Shown one piece after another: positions 50,142 to 60,560 of a stretch of DNA of 64,000 bases. Numbering within the stretch: the first letter of the stretch is position 1; every line of letters begins with the position of its first letter. The DNA lies in assembly GCF_009834535.1 (NCBI RefSeq), contig NC_045697.1, positions 27,406,001 to 27,470,000 on the forward strand, written 5' to 3'. Below the pieces are notes generated by a model. The model searched no databases, was not told the origin of the DNA, and saw nothing but the letters and a program-made list of their open reading frames with translations. Both the position numbers and the translations under genes were made by a program. This DNA comes from Camelus ferus (Eukaryota).

Positions 50142-50954
50142 CCGTGGAGGCCAGGGCTGGTGGTTGTCTGCGTCGCCAGAGCCAGCCCACTTGTGCCTGG
50201 GGAGCCGGCCCCAGGGGATTAGAGAAAGGAGGGTCGGTTACTAGGGAGAAGCACCTGGAGGTTCTGCCTCACCCTGATTGTGTGCTTAGGACGCAGATGG
50301 GTGGGCGCAAGGACACTGCTCGTGTCTGGTCGGTGAGGCTGTGAGCAGGGACTTCTCAGCAGAGCCAGGCCAGCTGAGCGCTCCACACACACGTCCTGGG
50401 GGAAATGCCTGTGTCCTTGACGGGTGATGTCTTGTCACTGCAGGGCAGGTAAAGACTAGAGAGCTGTTACTACTTGGGCCTTCAAGTAGAAACCATTTTG
50501 ATGTCAGTTTGTACATGTAAAGTATTTGTCAGAATGGGCCAGACCGTGCTGCAGTGATAAATGACTCTGCATCTCAGTGGCTTCCCACCACAGAAGTCTT
50601 TTTGTCCCCACAGCGCCACCTCTTCTCCACGGGGCATTATTTGGCCATATCAGAGCTGTCCCCACCATGGTGGGTGACTTAGGGGTTGGGCTCCCTCTGC
50701 TTTGTGAAGCCACTGTCTCCACATGCAGCCTCCACAGCAGCCACTGCTGGAAGGTCTCAGGGTAGCCCAGCCTCCCCCAGAGGGGACCTGGGAGAGGCAG
50801 TCTTCCCCTGGGGCCGAAGTGATGGTGAACTCAGAGAGATGCGGCTGCTGAAATACGGCTCCAGCCCCCGGGCTGGACGGCACGGCGTGCGGGGTCCAGC
50901 TCTGCTGTGTCTCCCTGGGCAGTTAACATTCTCATTTCTTCTGTTCTTCTCCAG

Positions 50955-51155
50955 GTGGCGAATGGGAGGATCCAAAGCCTCGAAGCCACCATTGAGAGGC
51001 TCCTGACCAGTGAGAGCAAGCTGAAGCAGGCCACCCTGGCCTTAGAGCTGGAGCGGTCGGCCCTGCTGCAGACGGTGGCGCAGCTCCAGGGGCAGATGGC
51101 GGAGCTGAGCGGCCCGGAGCCTGAGCACGCACCGCCCGAGCCCGTGGGCGACTGA
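50955..51155 (+). CDS. TBC1D1: TBC1D1 terminal coding exon portion (66 aa + TGA), VANGRIQSLEATIERLL...PEPVGD*
   Basis: Acceptor ttcttctccAG (50953-54). In-frame TGA at 51153-55. C-terminal heptad pattern. Confidence 0.96.
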   Translation: MANGRIQSLEATIERLLTSESKLKQATLALELERSALLQTVAQLQGQMAELSGPEPEHAPPEPVGD

Positions 51156-51271
51156 CCGTCATCGCCCAGCTCCGTGGGAGACGTGGCCGCCACCCGAACA
51201 CTGTCCAGGCCTTAACTGAGAGAGACGGACGGAAGACGCTGGAGGGAGAGAGCGGAGCGTGGCGCGTGCTT

Positions 51272-51279
51272 CTCAGGGA
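51272..51279 (+). promoter_or_regulatory. miR-125-5p family 8mer seed match in the 3'UTR
   Basis: CTCAGGGA is the complement of seed CCCUGAG plus an A1 anchor. Confidence 0.55.
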
Positions 51280-51431
51280 GGACGCTGGCTTGCCGGCATC
51301 CAGAGTCTTCTGGGCTGAGACTTGCGGCACCTGGGCAAACGCCCCGGTGTTCTTGTTGTTGTTTAGGTTCTGATTCGTCCCTTCTCCAGTCCTGATATCT
51401 GTACTCGGTAGATTTAGATGGCATGGACACC

Positions 51432-51485
51432 AATAAATGCACCTTTATGTTCCTTTGTTGTTTCCTTTCTCGGGATCACTGTGTT
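51432..51485 (+). terminator. Candidate proximal polyadenylation site
   Basis: AATAAA at 51432-37 followed by U/GU-rich tttatgttcctttgttgtttcctttct. Confidence 0.55.
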
Positions 51486-52711
51486 TATAAAGAGCATTCA
51501 TAATACGGTGGAATTTCAAAAGCCAGAGAGGCTGGAGATGATTCCTCCGGCAAAGATGTGGGTCCATCGTTCTTCCAAAGGGGGTTTGTGTGACCTACAC
51601 CTTCAGCATCACTGGTGGGAGCACAGTTGGCCCTTGACCATTCTTGTGGAAGCCTCAGATGACCGTTAGGAAAAATCGAATTTGACGTCTTATTTGAATT
51701 TGGCATCTGAAATTTGATCACTGTGCTTGGTACTTAATGAAGTTTGTCTTTTAAGAAGAATAGTTTTGATACATTTTTTTCCTTGGCCTGCAAGTACTGA
51801 TGAAAGTCATTGTAGATAAATGTTTCAGGGGAAATCATCTGTTTTCAGACCCTGCCAGGGGAGGCTGAGCATGCCACCCGCAGCTGCAGTCTCTGTGGTG
51901 TCTGACGCCCACCTTGCAGAGTCATGTGTTCTGCTGCTGTAGGATGTAGTGCAGCCCTGTGTCCCCCTGTGTCTGCACCCCTTGGGACTCTGATTTCCTG
52001 GTGAAGTTGCCGAGCACATCAGGGCATTTCAAAGTCTTCAGACTTTCAGCCTGAAATTGCAGTCAAATGTACGGCAGCTGAAAGCAGTTTTTCGAGGTAG
52101 GATGTGCATTTTGAATGTAACTCACACCCCTACGACCCCTTCCCTCAGGATGACGAGGACCCTGTGCCTTCAGCCGGCAAAAGGCCTCTCACGGTGGCCC
52201 TGGTGTCGTCTGGTCGCTGTGCAAGGCTCGTCCCTGTGCTCCTTGAACAGGCGGTGGCGTGAGGGGAGCTGTGTGGGCAGGTTCACTTCACTGACAGCAG
52301 AACCACTTCTGGTCGTCACCGCATCATCGCAGCCACGTCTCCTCCATGAGAGGCCTCTTGACTCTCAGCGGAGGGCATCTCTTTGAAGCCTGAGGTGAAT
52401 GGAAGCATTTTCACACTTGGACTTTTTAGAAAGACTCCCCAGACATTTCCAAGGGAGGCCAACGTACTGCCCCTGGTGCCTGCGCAGTTGGTTCACACTG
52501 GGGACCCTTGCCTGTTCCCCAAACCAGAGGAGAGCAGTTCCTTTTGTGAACTAGGTGACAGCCAGTAACCTTTGCCCTGAGTTGTTCCACCAGCTGTAAC
52601 TTAGAGGAGCTCACATTTGAGGGCTTCCTTCCACGTATTTTACTGTTTGAATGTTTAAAAATGTTGAATTTTGGACATCTTGTTACCATTACTCAAAAAC
52701 ATCGACTCTGC

Positions 52712-52795
52712 ATTAAATTAGAAACAAGGAAGCAATAAATCATGTCCACACTTTACAGTGTTTGGTGTTTCTTTAACTTTGGGTTTTTGATTTTT
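52712..52795 (+). terminator. Distal polyadenylation site
   Basis: ATTAAA at 52712-17, AATAAA at 52734-39, a CA about 17 nt later, then a GU/U-rich element (gtgtttggtgtttctttaactttgggtttttgattttt). Confidence 0.8.
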
Positions 52796-55700
52796 AGCCC
52801 AGGAGCGAAGGACTGCCCCCCGATCACCTGTGGATCAGTGTGTGTGACTGACTAGATGGCGGCGAGGCCTCTGAGGGACCGGCGTCTCGTGTTTCTAGTG
52901 TTGCTACCCACGTGCTTGTGACGTTGCCACCTCTCTGCGCGGTGTGCGTAGTAGGGCTGATGAGACCAGCTGCATGTGTCACGTGCCAGCGAGTGCTGTC
53001 ATGAGATCACACGGGGGGGGAGAGGATGGTTGACTCAGGCCTGTGATGACAGGTTGGACAGTCAGCCTGTGACTTAGTAGGGGACAGATAAATTCATAGT
53101 TCTCCTCACTGTGTGAGAATTCACAGAGGCAAAATTTTAAACCAAGAAGGTTTTGTGTTATGTTTTCCTGTGACGCACAACTCTACACACGTGTGCACTT
53201 GAAGATTGTCTTTCTGCCCTCTGGGACTGAAGACACTGTGAGCCCCCAGGAAGCTCACTGTAACATAGAACACGTATGAAAACGCCTTCTGTGCAGAGCA
53301 CTCAGTGTGGGGTCCTCGGAGGAGCTGCAAGGAGACAGAACAGTGTCCAGTTGGGGGTTTGTGTTTGGTGGGTGGGTGAATCCAGGGAGAAGGGTCTCTC
53401 TGAGTGCTGTGGGTACAGGGTTTGTTCCAGGGATGAGAGCAGGCACTGCAGTGTGAGGAGAGGACAGGGGACGGTGCAGGGGGAGGTGTGCGGGTCAAGA
53501 GAAACCCCCGTCGGTCCCTCCAAGAAGCAGGACACACACGGGTGCTGAGGTGGGCCTGGGCAGGTGGTGCGTGGGCCTCTGTGTTCTGTGGTGACCACCT
53601 CTGCGTCTACAGCCAGGTGTCTGCTGGTGGGCCGGAGCCACCCTAAGTCAACAGTCAAGGTCAGAACTTGAGAAGAAGAGCTGGAGGTGGAGCAGAGGAG
53701 AATGAGGATGAGTTGGGACCTGCCAGGTGCCTCGTGTCTGTCTGTCACCACATTTGACTGCTGACCTTCCGAGAAAGATGGCCCTTGCTTCACTTTGCCT
53801 TCCAAAAATTGCACAAGGATGTCTTTGAGCCGATTCTAATTTAAGACCACCAAGGAAGGGGACCTGGGGAAAGGTAGTCCTGGTTTACCCAAGCTGGCGT
53901 AGAACAGCCACCACAATTAATTTTGGCACCTGCCTAAGCATGCATGAGTGAGTCACTTTACAGAGGCCCTCCAGCTAAGTATGTATGATTAGTGATCCAT
54001 AGAGTTCGGACTCGAAGACTGACCTGGACTTTGTCACTGATGGTGCAACACTGGCGTCCAGGACCTCCCCTCCCTGCATCTCCTTCCTTCTGTCAAGTGT
54101 TACCAGACAATCTACAAATTAAGATCAGGAAGCTTCCTATGTGGGAAAATAATGTACAAGCCACATTATCTTAAACTGAAACTGCTTTAAGGGTTTGAAA
54201 TAGCTCAAAATAATCTTGGATTGGGAAAGCCAGAGGGAACCTTCTATTTCTACTTCATACTAGAAAACCACCTTCCACCTCATTTTATCGAGGAAAAAGC
54301 CGAAGAGAAGAAGACAGGTTCAAAAACCCCCTAATGGCTCAGCTGCGGGATCGGTAGATCCTCAGTCTCCTGACAGCCTCACAGTCAACACCGCTCAGCT
54401 TCAATTTCAGTGGGTTTTGGGAATCTGTTTCTGATGGCATCAAGTTTCAAGGCAAGGAAAGTTCTGCCTCACTTTCCAGAAGGGTGATCTGTATAGTCAG
54501 GAGACCAACTCAGGTTCCTCCTGAGACGTGGGGCCCCCAGGGGCCTTAATTTATCCATCGTAAGTAAAAACCAGGAGGAGCTCCCCAGTCCCCCTGCATG
54601 TGGACGCTGGGCAGAGGAATGCTGCTGCAGTGGGGTCTGAATTTGAAACTGACAACAAAGATGAAAAAGAATGTTTTTATCTAGGATTCATCAATAACTG
54701 CCTTCATATCTCTAAAGTGAATAATCAGCCAACTGTCTTGGTTGTAAGCCCTTACTAGCAAAGCATTTGAATTTATACCCCATGTATATATTTACTTAAA
54801 AATTTCAAACATGACTCAATTTTATTATAAAATAAAGTCTTAAATGAGGTGAAACAAAATAGTTAAAAAATATTGATGATTAAAAAGATGACTTCTAGTG
54901 TTTCTAAGTAGAACCATGAACACTTCATTTAAAATATTGTTTTAAGACTGCAATACAGTCCTTCAGATGTCAGTTTCCCAGTTTAGCCTAGTTTGATGGT
55001 TGGTTTGAATGCACTGTTGTGGCTGAATAAAGGATGGCTTACAACCTCTCGAGAGAGAAAGGGCACTGCTGGTCGCATTAAGTCATGATGCTTATTAATT
55101 CACTTTCATTCACCAATTGTGCAAAGGTTTTTGTTGAGGTATGGTTAGCAAATTTCCATCTTCTCTAAGGGCAGACTAACGTAAACTCATCAACATGTGT
55201 TAGAGGTTGCCTCTTCCGCTCTTTGGAAAGCTTTGTGAACAAATTATAAAAGCGTTTCCAAGATTGTTTGAGTAACACCTTCACACGGTTTCTGGCTAAG
55301 AGATGACCCAACCAACAGCAGCACTTCAAACACCCTTTTCTGGAAAAGCCCTTTCCATAGCACGTTCTAAGAAGTCTCTTTTGGGCTCCCCGCCTGGAGC
55401 CCTGTGTTCTCAGACATGGGTCTCAGTTCATCATGTGGCTGCCTGCTCCCCAGCCTGTGTGCCTGCTGTGAACACAGTGTCTCTCCACCAGCCTCTTTCC
55501 TGCAAAGCCCTGGACTGAGCAGAGCAGAGAGGAGCTGAACAGTGTGGTGTTAAAAATAGCACCTGCGAATCACTGCACTTTCTTAACCGCAGTGTCCACC
55601 CCACAGAACCACTGGAGTCAGCCTGGACAGTCTGACGGGGATGAAGGAAGCTGTTCTCATTCCTTGTCTCGTTTCTTCTCCCGGTTAGATTCGTCTGCTT

Positions 55701-56059
55701 TTCCTCACTTTTCTGGCTGCATCTTCCTGCCATTGTTGTTGTCCTGTTCTGTATATGGATCTGTGTCTTGCGTGTCTTCCTGCTCTTCTAGGCAGCTCTT
55801 CTTTCCAAACGTCTAACTGTGTTTCTCATTTCCTCCAACTGTAGGAAAAGCTGACTCTGATTACTGTTAAACCATGGCTTTGGGTCTTGGCCCCCTGCAG
55901 GGTGACATCCCGAGGTACCATCTTGGGGAATCTGTGCAGATGGGGAAGTAGCACTTTAGAGAAGTCGAGGCAAGTTTACCTGGTGGAGGTGGGGTGTCAT
56001 TCTATTCAGTGATGTCAAAGTTCTGCCCACCTTTGTTCTTCCTGTACTTTCTTGGGTCT

Positions 56060-56168
56060 TTTTGTTTTGTTTTTGTTTTTGAAGTATAGTTGATTTACAG
56101 TGTCAGTTTCAGGTGTACAGCAAAGTGATTCAGTTGTACACACATGTATGTATATATGTATGTGTGTA

Positions 56169-56205
<37 letters not shown>

Positions 56206-56587
56206 TTCTTTTTTAGATTCTTTTCCATTATAGGTTATTATAAGATATTGAATATAGTTCCCTGTGCTATACAAGGTCCTCCTTGGTTCTCTGTTTTATA
56301 TACCATAGTATGTATCTGTTAATTTCAAACTCCTAATTTATCCCTTCCCCCACGTCTGCTTTTCCCTTTAGTAACCATAAGTTTGTTTTCTGTGTCTGTG
56401 AGTCTATTTGTTTTGTAAATAAGTTCCTTTGTATCATTTTTTTTATATTCTACATATAAGTGATATCATACGATATTTGTCTTTCTCTGTCTGACTTACT
56501 TCACTGAGTATGGTCATCTCTAGGGTCCATCTGTGTTGCTGCAAATGGCATTATTTCATTCTTTTTTATGGCTGAGTAATATTCCAC
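56060..56587 (-). mobile_element. Cetartiodactyl-type L1 3' end (~530 bp), 5'-truncated, with an internal (TG/TA)n tract
   Basis: T-rich tail, then gaagtatagttgatttaca...tttcaggtgtacagcaaagtgattcagtt...atattgaatatagttccctgtgctataca...gcaaatggcattatttcattctttttt. Confidence 0.88.
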
Positions 56588-57449
56588 CAAGTAATATTCC
56601 ATAGTGGAATATACTTGAAACTATATAGTGGAATATTACTTGAAACTCTCCAAAAGGAAATCCTGACTGCTCAGATTCCATTCCAGGGTTCTGAGAATAC
56701 ATGGGCAAAGACTTGCTCAGTTGCTGTTCATATTCTTTTAGAATGAGTTGCCAGTGGTGGAAGGGGTACTGGAAATGGGAATGCAGAAATCTTTGAAGAA
56801 TTATAAAGCCAGCTGAAATTTGCAGCTTTATTGAATAAGAGAAGAAGTGGATGCTGTAACGTCTGGCTTATTGAGCCCTGTTGACAGTCTGGTCTGTGGG
56901 GATTGTGAGAATGTTCTTGCAGAAGTTCCTTTAATCCTCAGTGTCGTCTTTAAGAAGCCTCAGGGCTTCCCAGGTTCTTCTCCTGAGCAACGCTTGTGTT
57001 CAATCCAATGTTAGCTGTGCAGCTGAACATGTGATCCTATTTTGACTAGACATTTCCAAAACACTCAAAGCCAAACTGGTGACCCTTCAGTTAGCAAATG
57101 TGGAAGCATTTTGTTCTGACCCATGACTCATTTTGACCCTCTCTGGTCTGTCTTTATTCCAGTTAGTTCATGCTTTCTCATATCTTTAACGTCCTTTTAA
57201 GTTATCCTAAAACACTTGAAGAACAAGATGGAACTTGGCAATTATAAATAGAAGCAACAACTAGTGGTTAAAATCACGGGTCCTGAAGTCAACTAGAGTC
57301 CAACCCCGATAGCACGTCTATAAAGTAGAAATAATAGTAACTGTTTCACAGGATTGTTTGAATATTTATGAAGAGCACTGAGCACTGTGGCTGAGACAAA
57401 GCTAGCAAGCAGTACATGTTAACTATCAGTAGACAGAAATTATAGAAAC

Positions 57450-57730
57450 TAAATGGATCCAATTTTGTGAGCTTAAAATCGACCCCAGGCAAAATTCCTT
57501 AGCAGATTGTAAACATATTTGAAAGGTGATCTCTAAAATGATTACATTTTCTTAAAAGCATGTCATGCTAGGCCAATATAATTTTATGATTTGAAAAGTG
57601 CAATGACCAAGCTGTAGAAAAACATACCTTGATGTCAGCAAAGCTTTTGGTAACATCTTTCACAGTAACATACGGAAGTTAAAGTTACATGGGCGGGAGA
57701 ACTCACTTGGGTTGATTTAACAGGTTAAAC
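57450..57730 (+). mobile_element. CR1/L3 LINE reverse-transcriptase relic
   Basis: Decayed motifs resembling VSLxSxPGKIL (gtgagcttaaaatcgaccccaggcaaaattc) and YLDxSKAF (taccttgatgtcagcaaagcttttg). Confidence 0.55.
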
Positions 57731-57744
57731 TAGTAAGACCTCTA

Positions 57745-57872
57745 GATGGTGGTTCTCAGCCCTGGTTGCACATTAGAATCACCTGGAGATTTTTTTTTTT
57801 TTTTAAGTTTTTTTGTTGTCTTTTAAGCTCCCCTGTGATTTTAAAGTTAATCAGGATGGAGAACTACTGCTG
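57745..57872. mobile_element. MER5-type MITE
   Basis: gtggttctcagccctggttgcacattagaatcacctggaga...gagaactactg. Confidence 0.7.
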
Positions 57873-58124
57873 TAATTATAATGGATTGAGATGAGCCTAG
57901 AAGTTAGGGATTTAATTTACCTGACCTGGATTTTGTCCTTGGCCAGCCGAGTCCACAATTGTATCCGTGACCTGTACAAGGCCCTGTGGAAGGGGGCCTG
58001 CCTCTCAGACGTGAGGATGCTACAGAGCAAACGCGGTGAAGACGTTGATGTTGACAAGCTGGACCTGTGACCTGATTCGAGCAAAATGCAGTTTTAAATG
58101 CCAGGCTCTAGGTTCATGCGAAGG

Positions 58125-58321
58125 GCAGTGGTTTCAAAGCATAACCCCCAGAGCAACAGCATCAGCAGCATCTGCAAACTTGTCAAAAGTGCAAATTCTC
58201 TGGCTCTACCTCAACTTACTAGTTCAGAAACTCTACAAGGTGGAGCTGGCAGTCTTTTTTTAACAAGCCCTCTGAGGGATTCCAGGGGATCTTAAAGCGT
58301 GCCAAAGCTTAAGAACCACTT
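58125..58321. mobile_element. MER5A MITE, near full length
   Basis: cagtggtttcaaag...cagcatcagcagcatc...gcaaattctc...ttttaacaagccctc...aagaaccact. TIR-like ends. Confidence 0.8.
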
Positions 58322-58864
58322 GTACGTGAGGGACAAGTACAAAATGGAAAACACCTGAGTTAGCATCACAGGCTGGGAAGAGAATCTCCTTATTCTTGGT
58401 CCACAGTTCTATTGTATCCATGCTTTCCCGTTGCTGTGAAGACCTTCCATACTTCATGGGGCATGCCACTTGCCTCTCCCTTTGTTCCACATTCATGGTA
58501 TAATCTATTCGTCGAAAATCTGAATAATTCTAGAGACTGTTAGACAGTGAGAAATGTTAAGTGTAGAGTACGGTGATATAACAATAGCTAAAAACAGAAC
58601 AAAACAATGCCTAGCAGTCCACCACATGCCAGGCCCTGTGATGAGCCGGAAGTGAACCAAGCCCACCCTTCAACTCTTGCTACCCAACCAGTAATGCTGA
58701 TCATTTCACAGTTGCAAATGGATCAATCCCTCATTTCTTTCCTCATAAGGTAATGTTCATCTAAGAAGCTCACAACGGGGCCTGGCATTTCCAGGATCTG
58801 GCTTCCCCACAGAGATTAAAAATGTGTTAGCATGTGTCACATGTGCTGAGAAGCCCTCCGTACA

Positions 58865-59590
58865 TGTGATATTGTGATGTATAATAAGAAATATATATCT
58901 GATCTTTCAGCAGAGCTCCTAAAACCTTTGGGATTTTCTGTGATAAAAGTGATAGAAGTATCGTTTTTTATGTTAGTGAGGTGAATTTTAGAAAGCACTG
59001 AAAGGGGGGATGCTGGTTGTCAGGGGAGCCAACTGAGAATAGAGGGTTAGAACTTTCAGCCCCATCTCCTGATTTCTGGGGAGCGGGGGAGCTGAAGGTT
59101 GACTCGATCACCAATGGCCAATGATTTAACCAACCATGCCCATGTGATGAAGCCTCCATAAAACCCCAGAAGGACGGGGTTTTGAGAGCTCCCAGGTTGG
59201 AGCACACATGGAGATTCAGGGAGAGTGGGGTGCTCAGAGAGGGCATGGAAGCTCCAAACCCTTTCCTGACTTGCTCTGTGCATCTCCATCAGTTATGTGA
59301 GCCACTCTAGCAAATTAATTGAACCCAGAGACGGGGTTGGGGGAACCTCCAATTTATAGCCAGTCAGATGCACAGGTGACAACAGGGATTTGCAACTGGC
59401 GTGTGAAGTGGGGCGTCCAAAGGTGGGCAAGTCTTGTGGGACTGTGCCCTTAACCTGTGGGGCCTGACGCTCTCCCCAGGCAGAAGTTGTCAGAACTGAG
59501 TTGAACTTTAAGGGACCCAGCTGGCATCCGAGAATTGCTTGGTGGTGTGGAAAAAACCCCCACACGCTGGAGCTGGTGTTAGAACTGTGG
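58865..59590 (+). mobile_element. MER21-family LTR
   Basis: tgtgatattgtgatgtataataagaaatatatat...atcaccaatggccaatgatttaaccaaccatgcc...tgtgagccactctagcaaattaattgaacc...gtcttgtgggactg. Confidence 0.8.
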
Positions 59591-60194
59591 TTAAGAAATG
59601 TAGTTTCCACTCTTTCTTTCAATCTGTTGTCTTTCTAAAATGTTTCTTCCGCATTACTGTTATGTTACATACTGTTTAAAAATCATTAAAGAAGACAATT
59701 TAGGTGATACAAACTTTATCTAACACTTCATAAAGTGAACCGCCTCCTTTCAGAGAACTGCAAAATGGAGCAGAAGGCAAGAAACTTTAATAGGACGAAG
59801 AATAAAAAGCAAGGACGGGACAGATGAAAAATGTGTGATTGCCCGGGGGCCACATGGTCAGTCTTGTTTGGGGTGAGAAGGCCCAGAGCCAGCTCGGCTG
59901 CTGGGGGTTGGCTGCCGGGACACACTGCGTTCCTGGTGAAGGGGAGCATTTACGGGGCCATGTTATCTGAGCTTTGGTTGCTGGCGTGGCACCTTGGGCA
60001 GGAGTGGCTCCATCTTGGGCCTAGAGATTGATTTCAGCAGTACACACGGTAAAAACTCGAACACACGACAGAACATACAAGATAACATTGACGTCCCCCG
60101 AAGCCCCCTCAACCTGCATCCTACTACCGAAAGGTAATCCCTTTGATCAGTTTCTTAGCTTTTCTTCCAAAAATTGATACACATACTACACAAA

Positions 60195-60560
60195 ATGCAT
60201 ATGGAAACATTTTGGGTTGCCACAACTAGGGGGGAGAGGAAGGGTGTGTGCAACTGTCTTCTAGAGGGCAGAGCCCGAGATGCTGCTAAGCACCCCACAG
60301 GGCACGGACAGACCCCCCAGCAGACGTCAGTGCCCACGGTGTCAGTATTACCCATGGTGAGAAAGCTGGTGGTGGTTTTGAAACCTGAATGTATCAGAAT
60401 CCCCTGGAGGGTTTGTTGGAACACAGATTGTGGGGCACTGCCCCCAAAGTTTCTAATTCAGTTGATCTGGATAGGGGGGGGGGCCAGTTTGCATTTCTAC
60501 AAGTTTCCAGTGGATGCTGACGTTGCAGGCCCAGAGACCCTACTTTCCGAACCTCTGCCT
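60195..60560. mobile_element. MER20 fragment (about 60195-60370) abutting MER5A (about 60372-60560)
   Basis: acattttgggttgccacaact...gatgctgctaagcacc, then atcagaatcccctggagggtttgtt...tttgcatttctacaagtttcca. Confidence 0.75.

Larger units (their letters stand above)
51156..52760 (+). other. TBC1D1: TBC1D1 3'UTR (long form; 3' end approximate)
   Basis: Runs from the stop codon to the distal ATTAAA/AATAAA signals. No obvious interspersed repeat inside. Confidence 0.75.

Noticed and set aside
50831..51330. Antisense ORFs over the terminal exon
   Set aside because: Expected shadow ORFs of a GC3-rich coding exon.
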